Origin: Camelus ferus
Lineage: Eukaryota
DNA: 64,000 nucleotides
Reading direction: 5' to 3'
Assembly (NCBI RefSeq): GCF_009834535.1
Contig: NC_045697.1
Coordinates: 54,438,001 to 54,502,000, forward strand
This document shows, piece after piece, positions 10,701-25,700 of this stretch. Position numbers and translations under genes: made by a program. How positions within the stretch are numbered: the stretch's first letter is position 1; every line of letters starts with the position of its first letter. Below the pieces are notes generated by a model. It had not been told where the DNA came from. It did not search any database and worked only from the letters and a program-made list of their open reading frames with translations.

Positions 10701-13700
10701 GTCCCAATATAGGACTCCAACCTTGGTTTTCTAGCTCCACTTTTACCAAAGAACTTTCCACTGAAAGTAATTAAGACTAATTCAAATAATAATAAAATGA
10801 TATTTTGCTATCTCCTTTTAATTAATGTTCCTTACATATACAGATTCCTGTGAAGAGATCACTGTATGAAGAAGGGGTGAATATCAAAGCAGAATCAGGA
10901 CATTCTTAAGTTTCTGGGTTAATACAACCAAAGTAGTATCGAAACTGTGTTTATTTTAATGGAATAGTAGAAGAAACCCTTTCCACTAGCTTTTGAGATA
11001 ACAGTCTTTTGGGATTTGCTTCTGCTCCTCTGACTCTTCCTTCTCAGGCTTTTCTTAGGTCTTGCTTTGCCTGCACAATAAATGCCAGGTTCTAACTTCA
11101 GGACTTTTCTTTCAGTTCAGATCATCCATTTCCATGATTTTAACTATCTCTGCGTGCTAATGATACTTGAGTCTCTTTCTTCAGCTTTCTCCTTCCAAGC
11201 TCAAGACCTTTGTTTTTAAATGCATGCAAGGTGCTTTAAATATAAACCAGGCAGGTGTTCAGCAGATGTCTATGTTTTATAGAAACAGTTTGGTACAGTA
11301 GAATGAACATGGTCTCTGGAGATAGAGGAGAATGTTCACATTCAATTCTGACATTTATATGAACTGAAACTGGTGACTTAATCTTTCTGCTGCTTGTATT
11401 TCTCTTGTGTAAATGAGAATAATATCTTATATCTTAAGAATAGTATCTTAGTCTTAAAGGTTTTATGAAAAAACTGTTAATATAAAATAGTTCTCAGCAT
11501 TAAGTAGTACTTAACACCATTGGATCCCTTTTCGTTTCCTCTTCCCATTCCCAAGTTTAATTGATGCCACACCGACTCAGTAACCAAACTAGAAACCTTG
11601 GTGTCATCTTAGATTTTTCCCTATTTGTCATCCTCCAAATTCAGTTAATTTTTTTAAATCCTTTCAGTTCTTTTTAGATAACTCTTAATTCCAGTTCTTC
11701 CATTTTTCTCTCCCTGCATTTGGCATCTCACAGTTGAACTATTATGATACTCTCTTATATGATCTCTTTAGAACTATTTTTGTCTCTAATTCATCTTTCA
11801 TAAGTTATTTAAAGTGGTATTTTTGACATTTATCTCAGAGTCTATGGCTTTTCAGTTTAAAATCCTGAATTGTTTCCCCATCATCTGCATTGGTGAGGCC
11901 AAACTGTATAATACACATTTTAGTCCTTTTTTGGATACAGCATAACAGTGCCTGAGAGTATGAACTTTGGTATTAGATCTGAATTTGAATCATTCTTCAC
12001 CATTTATGAGTGTATGATCTTAAGTTACTTAACCTTTTAAGTCTAGTAATTTCTTTCATTCATACTTTTTTATACATTCATTTATTCAACAAATATTTAA
12101 TGAGAAAATATATACAAATTGCAAATTAATCATGAAGAATAGTACCTATGAGACAGTCATTCCTAATTATTTATGATGAGTTAGGGCCTTATCTTTCTTT
12201 TTAGCCTCCATGTCAACTTCTCACCACTTTGCCTTCCAACATCCTACCCTTTACCCTTGTCGAATTTTATGTAAATATTGTCAGGGTCTAGGATTTGATT
12301 TTACCTAATTACAAGCTTAAAAACTAGCCTATTACTGTTTAATGGATGCTAACAGAAGATGTGAAACATCTTGGTCAGAGGCAAAGGATTCCATTACTTG
12401 TGATTCAGCAAATAAGATGGGCATCAGCATGGTGTTGGTTCCCCTTGTTCCCAAGTCCCATTAGGGTGATGCCATGGGCCCAGATGGATGCTTTATACAT
12501 ACAGCTGAGGAACACTGAATTTGGGGGATCCACCCAAAATAGTAAGCAAGCATACTCTTTGTCTTGGAGAGAAACTCACCCCATACCTCAAAGTTACATG
12601 TTGCAAATATACTCTTGAGAAAGGGCCCAGATAAAAAGCATTCAGGACATCGCCTACTAGGTATATCTAGAGAGACATCTAGGAGTTGAAAAGCCCATGA
12701 AGTAGTATCTCTCAACATAAATACATATTTTCCCACAGTTTATTAAAATATAAGTTAATATAAAGTAAACTACTGAAGTATTTAAAGTGTAAAATTTGAT
12801 GTGTTTTAACATGTGTAGACTCATGAAATCATCACCACAATTTAGATAACATATCCATCACAACTAAACATTTTTTTTGTGCCGCTTTGTAATCCCTTCC
12901 TCTCTTTTCTCTCCATCTATGATTTCCCCAGGCTACTGCTGATCTGCTTTTTGTACTGTAGAATAGTTTTTATTTTCTAGAATTCTTATAAACGGAATAA
13001 TACAGTATGTACACCTTTGGTGAGTCTCGCTTCTTTCACTTAGCATAATGATTTTGAGATTCATATATGATGTCCAGCTTTTAGTTTGATTAAAAAATTT
13101 TTTTGTATTTCAGTGACTTCTATTCTTCTCTTTTGAGGGTTTTTCCTTCTACTTATTTTGAGTTTACTTTGCTCTTTTTTCCTAAATTCCTGAGGTAGAA
13201 GTTCAAATCATTGATTTTTGAAACCTTTCTTCTTTATTAATGTATCCATTTCATGTTAAAAATTTTCCTTTAAACACTGCTTTAATATGTGTCCGACAGA
13301 TATGTCTTCATTTTTATTCAGTTCAGAAAACTTAATTTTCTTTTGATTTCTTTGACCCATGCATTATTTAGAAGCATCTTATTTGGTTTCCCAATGTTGA
13401 GGGATTTTTTTTCAGAGATCTTTCTATTGTTAATCTCTGATTTAATTCCACTGCTATTAGTGGACATACTTGGTGTGACTTAAATTTGTTCTTAGTTTTG
13501 GGGTGCAGAATATGATCTATCTTGGTCATTGATCTGTGTGCATTTGAAAAGAATGTGTATTCTGTTATGTATTGGATTGTCCTATCAATATCAATTAGGT
13601 TGAATCAATCAATAGTGTTGTTCAGGTATTCTGTATCATTGCTGATTTTTTTGTCTATTCTTTATGCCAATTATTGAGAGAGGGTTGTTATCCATAATTT

Positions 13701-16700
13701 CATGTTTGTACATTTCTTATTTCAGTTCTACCAGTTTTTGCTTCATGTAGTTTGATGTTCCGTATTAGTGCATAAACATTTAGAATTGTTATGTCCTCCT
13801 GATGTACTGACGCTTTAATCATTGTGAAATGGCCCTCTATCCTAGTAATTTTCTTTGCTCAGAAATCTGTTTGCCTGATATTAAAATAGTCCAGTTTTTT
13901 CTTGATTATTTGGTAGCATGGTGTCTTTTTCCACCCTTTTACTTTGATTTGTATATTTAAATTGGGTTCCTTGTGGATAGAATATAGTTGGGTTTTTCTT
14001 TTTACTCAGTCTGACAATCTGTCTTTTAATAAGAGTGTTTACACCATTTACATTTAATATGGAACATTGATACTGTTTTGTTATTTGTTTTCTAACTGCC
14101 TAATCTGTTACTGGTTTTCCTTTTTTTTTTCTTTTTTTTTTGTTGAATAATAGAGCATTTTAATTATATTTTATCTCCTTTATTGGCATGTTACTATAGA
14201 GTCATCCTTCAGTATCCATGGGGGATTGGAGTCTCCATATATACCAAAATCCACAGATACTCAAGTCCCTTATATTAAGTGATGTAGTACAGTGAATACA
14301 GTCGGCCCTCCGTATCTGCAGATATGGATATGGAGGACTGACTGTATATTTATCGGAAAAAAATCCACATATAAGTGGACACACACAGTTCAAACCTGTG
14401 TTGTTCAAGAGTCAACTGTACTTCCTTATTTTGCATTTTTTAGTGATTACTTAATGATTTATAGTGTACATCTTTAATGTATTACACTGTGTGTCCAAAT
14501 TTTACTGTATCACTTCCTTTATGCTGTAAGAAAGTTATAACAGTATACTTCTGTTTCTTCTATCCTGGAATTTGAGTTATTGTTGTCTTAACATTTTACT
14601 TCTACATATGTTATAAACCGACAATACATTATTGGTTTTGGCTTAAACAGTCAATTAAGACAGATATTAAAAATAAGGAAAAAAAGCTTTTGTATTTATC
14701 TATGTATTTGTCATTTCTGATATTCTCTATTCCTTTTGTAAATTAAGATTTCCATCTGGTATGAAGATTTACTTTAACAGTTCTTATAGTGAAGTTCTGC
14801 CAGCAATGAATTTGTTCAGCTTTTGTGTGTTTAATGAAGTCTTACTTTTTTGAAATTGAGTATAGACTTTAGGTTGACAGTTTTTTTTCCCAGTACTTTA
14901 ACAATGTTGTGCCACTGTCATCTGATTTGTACTGCCTCTTGGGAGAAAGTCAGTTGTCATTCTTACTTTCCTCTGTAAATCGCATGATCTATTTTCTCTG
15001 ATTGCTTTTAGTATTTTCTCTTCATCCCTGGTACTAAACAATTATGATATGCTTTGGTACAGTTTTCTTTACATGTCTTGTTCTTTGGTTTGTTTGCATC
15101 GTGGTTTGTGAGTTCCTGGAGTGTGTGTTCCTGGAAATTTTTTAGCTATTTAGTTCTTCAAGTATATTTTTCTCTCCCCCTTTCTCCACTCTCTTTCAGG
15201 GACCCCAATTTCACATGTATTAGACCAAGTGAAGTCCCACAGCTCACTTAAGGTTCTGTTTATCTTTCTCAGTCTTTATTTTTTTTCCATCTCTCTGTTT
15301 CATTTTGTAAAGTTTCTGTTGTTATGTCTTCAGGTTCATTTCTGCAATGTTGAATCTGTTCATTTCATTCAGTGTTATTTTTCATCTTAGATTTTATAGT
15401 TTTTATCTCTAGAAGTTTTGCTGCTTCTTGAGCATATGAATTGTATTTTTAATTATTTTAATTTCTTTACACATTCTATCATCTTTCGTTTTTGAGTATG
15501 TTCATTTTTTATTTTTATATTCATTATGAGTTGTATTTTCCTGCTCTTTTGCATATCTAATTTTTCACTGTGTGTCAGACATATGAATTTTACCTTTTTA
15601 AATGCTGGGTAATTTTTAATTCCTTGAAATATTAAAGTTTTTCAGGGACACAGTTAAGTTACTCGAAAATAATTTTATTTTTTCAAGGCTTACTTCTAAG
15701 TTTTGTTAGGTGAGACCAGAGGAGACTCAGTTCTGGGGCTAATTTTTCCCCAGTATTGATGTAATATTTTTTTAAGTATTCTATCTAGTGCCCTCTGTAT
15801 TACAAGGTTTTCCACTTGGCTGGAGAGGAACACAAACTGTTTCTAGCTCAGTTTAAACAACAGTGATTGTTTCACCTCCACTTTTCAGTTGATTCTTTCC
15901 CTGTCTCAAGGTTGTTTCCTCATCTTACTTAGCTGAAAACTCAAGGAGAACCCTTTACGGAATAATGGGGTTCTCTCTGTGCATCTCTCTGCTCAGAAAT
16001 TCTAACTGCCTTGAATTCACAGCTCTGTCTCTTCAATTCCAGGAGACCACCAGGCTCTGTTTGGGTTTCTCTTCCTGCGCTGCAGCCTAGAAGCTCCAGG
16101 CAGTGGCTAGGGCAATCGTAAAGCTCACCTCATTTGTTTTTCTTCTTTGAGATTACTGTGGTGAGTTGCCTGTTGTTCAGTGTCTGAGACTGTTTCATTT
16201 ATATTGTCCAGTTTTCAATTGTTTAAGATAGGAAAAGGATAAATCTGGTCCCTGTTACTTAGCCATGGCCAGAAGTGGAAGCCTTACATATATACTATGT
16301 GTATGCCTTTCTTTTTCATGCTTTTCTTTTTCCTGGCATAGAATGCTTTTCCTTCTTTGATTCATTTTTTAGCACCTATTAAGTCTTCAGATTTCAACTT
16401 GGATGAACCTTATTTGTGAAGCTTTCCATGACCTCCACTGATAGAGATAATCACTTCCTTTTCAAAGGTTCCCTTAGTTTCTGGTACTTCCATATGTAGT
16501 ACCTAATAATGGATGATTTATCTCTCCCAATAACATATCACAGGCATCCTGCTAAGTATTTTATATATTTTCTCTTACTTAATTTAATCCTTATAGTGCC
16601 TCATATGAGGTTATTGCTGTCATAATCACCACACAGTGCCAGTGCCTGGCTTGAAATAGCGATTTTATTAAATTAATGCATGAAGATAATTAAGTACATC

Positions 16701-19700
16701 CAGAAGAAAGTGAGCAAAGTGTTCAGGGGGACTCAAAATAATGTCATGTTTGGAATTGTTTAAGGAACTGGAGATGTTTAGCCTGGAGAAAGAAGACTCT
16801 GGAACCTAAATACCCTCTTCAAATGTTTGGAGGGCTGTCACATCGAAGAGGGATTAGGCGAGTTCCCTATAGCCCCAAGGAGGTAAAATTAGGATTAGTG
16901 GTGAAAACTACAGGGAGATGTTGTACCTTCATAAAAGGAGGAATCTTTGATAAATAGGGCTCTCTAAAAGTAAAGTAGATAGCTATGGAAATTTCTTTTT
17001 TCACTAGATACATTCACTGAAATGTTGCCTGTCCACTTAATACAGTCAGCTGTAATATAACAGTGCTGGGCTTGAAGTTACACACTCAGCTCTTTAAATC
17101 CCATCTCATAGGATTTAAGTGTCAGTTGCAGAGTACCTGACATTGCCTAGCACAAAGTAGGTGCTTAGTACCCTTACCCTTGGTGGCCAAACATTGAAAA
17201 GGTAGGTAATTTAGGTAACTGTTGAGAATCTGTCTGAGATTATATGATTCTTTGGAAAACCTTGGTTCATAATCTTAATTTTATTGTTTTGTCTGGATGT
17301 TCTTTGTCATTTATAGCCATATTTATGTCATGGCTATTTATTATTTGCCAAAGTAATCTTAAAAATAATTCATGAAGACAAGTCTGAGATGAAAAACATA
17401 CTTTTAATGTAGTTCTTGTGACTGTGAATATAGTAAAAAGAATTCAAGTCCTCTGATTCGTGGAGCATAAAAGTGTTGTTCTTGTTCCTGTGTTCCAGTT
17501 CATTTCTTTCATTAATTTAGCCAGTTTTTGTGTGTCTGTTATGTGCCAGTTGTGCCAGGCCCTGTTAGTCATAGGGCATATAGTAGTAAATAAGGCAGCC
17601 CCTGCCTTAAGGAATTTACAATCTCCTAGGAAAAATAGACAAATAGTGAAAATACACTATGGTAAGTATTACAGTAGATTGAATGTTGAGTGTTAGGGAT
17701 GCACATAAAAGATGATGCAGCACTGTCTTGAGAAAGGTTAGGGGTATTGAGAGAAGCATCATGGGTGAAAGTAATGTATAATTTGAGACCTGTGGACAAG
17801 TGGGAGTTATTCAGGCTTGAAATGCTGAGGGAGAGGAACTGAAAACCTTTAGTACACTTGGAACATGGAGTTTGATGGTAGAGTGACCAAAGATGAGGCT
17901 AGAGAGCCAGGGAGAGACTGGATTATAAATGGCTTTGTGACTAATACTGGAGTCTAGATTATCATAAGGGAAATAGGAAACCACTGGAGTTTTTAAAGCA
18001 GGAAAATGATATGACCAGATTTATATTCAGAAAAGTCATCCCATCTCTCTTAGTAGGAAGTTAATAGGTACAAATTTATTTCTCGAAAAGTCAAGAAATA
18101 AATGTACAGACATCTTATTGAGAAATAAGACAGTAAATATTAGAAGAAATAACTAAGAGAATTGAAGGTGGCTGTTCTTAGGGTTTAGGAATCAGGGGTA
18201 GGGAACTGATTTTTTATCTTCCTGTAAAAGCCTTGTAGAATGATTTGACTTTCTTAATCTGCATGTAGTGTAGCATAGTGATTAAGGGTATGGATGCTAA
18301 GGCCAGACTGGCTGAGTTGAATCTTGCCTCCACTATTCATAAGTTAATTATTTTCTCTGTGCTTATGTTTTCCTTTCTGCAAAAATGGGAATAATAATTG
18401 AGCTTATAGAATTTTTGTGAAGATTAAGTGAGTTAATACAAATAAAACACAAAAAATGTGTGGTACATAATGAACACTGAGTGTTAGCTGTCATTCTTAC
18501 ATGTCAGCACTGTTCAGGTTCTGACATGTAAGGAGAATAGACAAACAGAATCATAGCGGAGCATTTTTTAAATGTTGCTTTTAGTAATCAAGAGAAGAAG
18601 CAAACAATAAAATCGGAATGGGTCTAGATTTCACTGACATGATTATTAAGTGTAATCCAATGCTCATATAAAGAATGTTGTATCTAACAACTGTAGAGTA
18701 CACATTCTTTTCAAGAATACGTGGAAGATTTGTAAAATTGACCAAAATCTTTACTAGTATTAAAGAGTACAATTATATAGATTGTGATGTCTGTTCACAA
18801 TGCATTTAAGCTAGAAGTCAACACAAAAGATAATTATGAAGTTCCTCATACAATTAGAAATTTTAAAGTATACTTCAGATTAGCCCATAAGTTAAAAAAA
18901 TCATAATTAAAATTGAAAAGTAATAATCTAAAGTACTATGTATCAGAATTTGAGATGCTGTTTAAGATTAGTTAAAGTTTTACATGTGTATTTTAGAAAA
19001 GAAAACATAAAAATTAAGGAATTTTTTATTTCAGGAAACTAGGGGAACAAATAGAAGAGGAAAATTATTAGCATAGGAAACATTTCAAAAGCCAAATTCA
19101 CAGGCACTAGCCAAGGACTAGCCCCATAAGCAAGCTAAAGATCAGGCCTACTATGTTAACTTTTTCTCACATGTTAAGGATGTGAAACTATGGGGACTTT
19201 GATACACTGGTAGGTGGAGAGTAAATCAGTACATCTACTTTGGAAAACAGCTTGGCGTTATCTAATAGTTAACCCTGCCTTTCCTCTCCTAGATATATAC
19301 ACTATAGAAACAACTTCATGTGTACCATGAGACATATGTAAGAATACTCGTAAGTCTCATTATTGATAACTGTCCAAAACTGTAGAATAGCTAAATTATG
19401 GTATATTATCACAGTAGATTAGTATAATACAACAGAAATGTAAATTAATAAACAGCTATATGCATTGATAAGAATAATCTTGTAAGTATAGTTTCATTCA
19501 GAAGAAACAAGACACAGAAGACATTCGAAATAATCCCATTTATATAAAGTTCCAAAACTGATAAAACTTAAATATGTTGTTTAAGGGTACACAAGTAAGG
19601 AATGAAAGTGTATATAATACACTGTTCATACCATAGTAGATGTTCAATAAATATTTCATAAATAAATGAATCAATTTTATCTCTGAAGCAGAAATGGCGA

Positions 19701-22700
19701 ATACCAATTTAAAAAGAAAAGTGTAGGTTTTATTATATATTATAGGGAATAAGGAAGGAAATAAGATGGCTTGTGTTTATAAAGTTTCTTTTTACTAGAC
19801 AAGAGACCCCTTTTTAGGCTTGTATATTGAGTATCAGTAGTTGAAATATGGAAATTAAATAAGCATCTAGATATTAAACAAACATGCATTAAGCCAGCAT
19901 GTGTATATGTGCATGTGTTTGTGTTCCAAAAGAAATACTTGCAACCGTAGGGGTTCTAGAATTATTTATTTATACTAAGCTCATCTTTCAAATGATTCTC
20001 ATAAGAATCCATTGGAAAGTTCACATCTTCAAAAAGTAGTCTAATATCAAGTTTATCACTGTTCTTTCAAATAAACTCTTGCTATTGACTTAATTACTGT
20101 ATCTGACTTTTTTTTAAATTGCTAATGTGTATTTTTTGAAATTCCCATCCTGATACTACCTTGTGGCTGTTAAAATAGATGACCTAACAAGGTCCTTTAC
20201 ATAATTTAACAGCTTTTATATTTAAAATAATGTTTGAAAATGCTTAATTTTAAATCATCTAAACTCCAAGGAGGGAACAAATTTTTGCCTGAGAAATCCT
20301 TTTCACAGTGAAAGGCTTCAAGTGGAGGCTGCAAACTCAAATGCTTGTAGCGGCCGCTGAGGTAATAAATGAGAGGAGCAGAATGGGAACTGGGGCAAGT
20401 CTAGAGCACATAGTCCTCCCTCTAAACAAGGCAACTGCTACCCAATTCTGTCTGTAGCCATGAGGGAATGTGGTGTGTGGTGCCAGATTTTCTAATTTTT
20501 CAAGGTATTTCATATATTTGGCTATTAATTCAGACATTTTAAACACTATGCAGTTAATCCAAAACAGGTCTGTGGGCAGGATCTAGTCGCTAGGTTATTA
20601 GTTTGCAAGTAATTTTAAAAGGTTATATAATTTTGGTGAAATAATTTTTTTTTTCATTGTATTTTACATGTAGTCGACAGAGGTACGTTCTTGGAGATAC
20701 AGCAATGCAGAAGATGGCCAAGTCCCACGTTTTCTTAAGTGGTATGGGTGGTCTTGGTTTGGAAATTGGTAAGCAGTATTTTTATTCATAATTTTATATG
20801 ACACTTTTGAGCAAGCAAATTTTTAAAGAATTTAACTCCTTTCTCTTGTATTATTTTCTATAAAGGAAATTAGATCCACAATTTTGATCAGATTCAGTTT
20901 TGATTTTTTTTTTTTGGCAAGACTATTTCATTATACTATTACATTCTTCCACAAGGAACCAGTAATGACTCTTGCTTCTATTTTTGTGATGTTAATAGCT
21001 ATTTAATGATCTTCCTCTGTATCTATTAATTCATTATGATAGACACACACATATTCATAACAGCATGTCTGGAAGCATACATACACTAAAGTTTTGAGTG
21101 ATTATCTCAGTGTGGTTTGATTATGAAAATTTTATTGTTTGCTTCTTGTTCATTTGTATTTTCTAAAGAACCTATATTTCGTAAGTAGTAAAAAAGTTAA
21201 AATTATTCAGTCAGAGATGTGACCAAGATCCATAAAGGTATCTAATGTACAACACAATTCCTAATACTAAAGCTACTCCTTTTTTTTTTTTCCTTAATAG
21301 CAAAGAATCTTGTTCTTGCAGGGATTAAGGTAAGTGAGTAAATGTCCTTGGTAAGAAGAATTGTCTGTTGTGAACTCTTTTTTTCTCTTCAATAATAGTA
21401 ATGTTATTTTACACTTTGGCCTAACTATTGCTTCTTCATTAGTAGCTAAATTGTTTTAATGCTCTACTTTCCTCTTTAAAAAAAAAACTTTTTATTATAG
21501 AAAATCTCAAAATTATACAGAAAAAGAATAGTTTTAGCGGAACCCCATGTACGCATCATGCAGCTGCAGTTATCTGCTCATGGGCAAATTTGTTTCATGT
21601 ATCTCCTTCCCATTCACCTTTGACCCCTAACTGCCAAATTATTTTGATGTAAATCTCAGACATCCTGTTATATCATTAAGTATTTTAGTATATACCTCTA
21701 AAAGATAAAGGTACCTTTTAAAAACATAACCACATTATCATTTTCACATCTAAAAATGTAAGCATTTCTTCATTGTTATCCTTAGAAGTTAGGTATCTAT
21801 TACTGCAAAACAAACTACCCCAAAACTTAGAAACTTAAACAACAGCGCTTAGCAACTTAAACAACAGTTTCTTTGGGTCAGGAATCAGGTACAACTTAGC
21901 TTATGCCTCTTTTTGAAGGTCTCTCTCAAAGCTCTAGTCAAGATATTGACAGAGTCTGCAGTCATCTTGAGAGTAGGAGAGGATCTGCTTCCCCAGCTGG
22001 CTTATGTAGTTATTGACATGATTGACAGGGTTGTGCCACTTCACATATCCACCTCAGTTTCTTGCTGGCTGTTGGTCGGAGGTCACCCTCAGTTCCTTGC
22101 CTCATGGCCATCTTCATAGAGCAGCTTACAATATGGTGGTTTGTTTCATCAGAGTAAGCGAACAAGAAGATGAGAAAGGGAATGTGCTAGCAAGACAAAT
22201 CACAGTCGTTTGTAACCTAATCTCAGAAGTGGCATTCTATCACCTATGCTGTAGCCATTAAAAGTAACTCACTAGAAGAGGGGATTGCACAAAGGCCTGA
22301 ATACCAGCAAGTGGGGATCATTGGGGCTGTCTTAGAAACTTGTGTACTACAGTCATCAAGAATCTACTCACAGTTCAAATTTTCCCAATTGTCTTATGAA
22401 AATTTTTTTAAAATTTGTTTTGTTCTAATCGGGATCCAAATAAAGCTCATATACTGAACTTGGTTTCTTTTAATCAGTGGATTTCCCTTTCCTGAATTTT
22501 TTTTCTCTCTTGCGATTGACTTGTTAAAGAAAGTTGGTCATTTATCTCATATACCTCCATCCTTGTATTTCCTGTAAACTGGTAGTTATATTCAGAGAAT
22601 CAGATTCAGATTTGATTCTTTTGGTTCTACTGCTTCACAGGTGATATTGGGTTCTCCCATTAAGAGGAAATAATATTCTGTTTTCTCTCATTTTGTGATT

Positions 22701-25700
22701 ATTACTACCTATTAATGATCATTGCCTGGATTCATTATTTTCTTGGGGCTGTGATATTCTGATTCTGTCATTTCTTCTTCATTTATTAGCTGGAATAGTA
22801 TTTTAGAAGGAAAAGTTTCCATTTATACTTGTTTGGTTTCACTAAAGTATAGTTTGTTTGTACATGTACAAAAGATAGGAGAAATGTTTGATTTTTTTCC
22901 CCCTTTATTTTCTACTTTTCAAAATCACTGGTTTCCTATCATCCCTCAACAGTGACCAGTGAAATTTGTATGATTTGTTTGTATCATGATAACATCATGA
23001 TAAACTAATGGATTTAGACATATTGGATGTCTTTTGAGCCATTGTACTTGTTATTATTCTTGATGCTCAAATTGCTTCATCTTTGCTTTGGGGGATCTTC
23101 TTCAAGTTCTTGAGTCCTTTTCACACTACTCCAGTAGTCTTTTTGATTTTCACTGATTGTAAAGTCTTATCAGTGGACAGAGCTAGAGCACTCATCATGA
23201 GTGAAAACTGAAATTTCTGAGTTTCAAGTTTAGGATTATAGGATATTTTTTCTTAGACTTTATATTTGTGTTTCTTCTCTTATATAAGGGTTTAGGTCTT
23301 AATGACATGAAACTGATTGCTTTTTACTTTATCCTGTATTATATTCTACTTGTCTATGACATAGTTTTAGAATAACAATTCCAGCATTATTAATAGTAAT
23401 ATGATTATTAAAAACAATATAAGATGTTTCTTTTTAGTCCTTAGGATATAGCCCATCTGGAGCTGGCAGACAAATTAACTGCTTTTTAAGTCACGTTAAA
23501 GAATTACTTTGTGTAGTTACGCAGCAAATTCAAATAGTTTTGGTCCATTTATTCATTTTGCTTTGGATTTTTAGGGATTGCTTTTTTAATTTGATTTAGT
23601 TTTGCTATTATATGAGACATGTAATTCAAAGTCAGATTTATAAAGCAAAGTATATTCAGGTAAGTTTAGCATCTCTACCCTATTTCCTCCTTCCCTTATT
23701 AGATCACTTTCTTTTCTTAATCGCTTTTTAAATGTAAGGAAATACATACATATAGATGTGCACATCTTTGTGTGTGTGTACGTACATATTTATTCCCACC
23801 TGCCTTTCTTAAAATGTCATACTTACTTCTACCTTGGTTTTTATCAGTTAACAGCATACCTTGGTATTACTCCATGGTAATAAATACATATATTTCAGTC
23901 TTTTTTTTTAATAGTTGCATGGATATACATTGTGTGGATGTATCATATGTAATTGTACCCAGTTCCTCATTGGTGGACATTTTAATTATTTCCAGTCTAT
24001 TGCTATTACAAATAGTGCTGCACTAATACTCTTGTACATAAGGATTTTTAAATTTTTTTCCAGTTTGTCTTTGTGATAAATTCTTAAAAGTGGGATTTCT
24101 GTGTCAAAAGATAAACGCACATGTCATTTTGCTAACAACTGCCACATTTTTCCACTGAAGTTTTGAGCCACTTCATGTTCCCACCAATAATGTGTGAGAA
24201 TGCCTGACTCACTTCATTCTCAGCAATACAGTACATTGTCAAGCTTTTGGATTTATGCTATTCTGATGAATGAAAAAGGGAATTTCATTCTTGAGCGGGG
24301 TTGAACATGCTTCAATATACTTTTCTAAATTTACATTCTTTTACTGTTTAATTTTTCCATGAACTTTTCTGGGTTTGTCGATGTGTATAGTCATACCATC
24401 TGTGAATGGATTTAACTTTATATAACCTTTCCAGTTCTTAGACCTTTAATTACTTTCTATTGTCTAATTACACAGGAAATACTTCCAGTGCAGTATAAAT
24501 AGTGTTGGCGATAGTGAGAATCCTTGTCTTAATCCTGACTTTAACAGATATTTTTCTCTTTTTTGAAGGCACTTACTATTCATGATACAGAAAAATGCCA
24601 AGCATGGGACCTAGGAACCAACTTCTTTCTCTGTGAAGACGATATTGTTAATATGAGAAACAGGTGACCATAAGATATTTTAATATGTTATCATAGGATT
24701 TTTTTTTGTTACTGTGGCAATTACTTAGAATATTTTCTGTATCTAAAATAATGGATCAGTAATAGTTGTTTTTAGCTCATCACCATAAATTCACTCTACC
24801 ATAGACATTTAATTATTTATATTTGTCGAAATTTTAATACATTCGCATTGCTACCTAGGATTGAATTTCTTTAAGATTATTAAAGAGGTCTTTATTATTG
24901 CTGAATATTTAAGAGACTTAAGTAGCATTGACCTATAAGGGTACACTTTGAGATTTGTGACTTACTATGGAATACAGCAGTATGTTACATCTCAAGATTA
25001 TATAGTTTTCTATAAAGATAAATAAGTCCTAGCTTTTTTCCTCTCCAGTTTATAAAATTCACAGTGAAATTGTGTAATATTCAGCTTCCTCTGATGTCAT
25101 CAAAGTGTCCAGGTTTGAAAGATTGAGTATTTTTATTGAACAAAAGAGCAGTAAAGGTGTTTTGGTTTTTATTATTTTGTGTGTGTGTGTGTGTGTGGTT
25201 TTTTTTTGGTTTTTTTTTTCAGGGCCGAAGCTGTACTTCAGCATGTTGCAGAATTAAATCCATACGTTCATGTCACATCATCTTCTATTCCTTTAAATGA
25301 AACCACAGATCTATCCTTCTTAGGTAAATACCAGGTTAGTACTCCATTTTGTATTAGATGTTATTGACAGACTCCAAGGCAAATCATTAAGTATTAATAT
25401 AGTATTAACTAATTAAACCTAGTCTATTGAGCAGAACAAAAAGTTTCAGGTTAAGAGACTTTTTTTTAGAATACTTTTCAGATCCTCTATTTTAGGGAAG
25501 GGGCCTATTGACAAAGTAATTATGTCAGTCAGCTATTTTCACATTATTGTGCATGAAAAACTACCCGGACTCAGTGGTTTATAGCAACATGCGTTTCTTT
25601 CTCATGCATCTGCATGTCAGTTGGAGTTGAGATGTTCTAGGCTGAACTTGAACTCCACAGTCTGGGTTCTGGTCCATGTACCACTCTTCTGGGACCAGGA

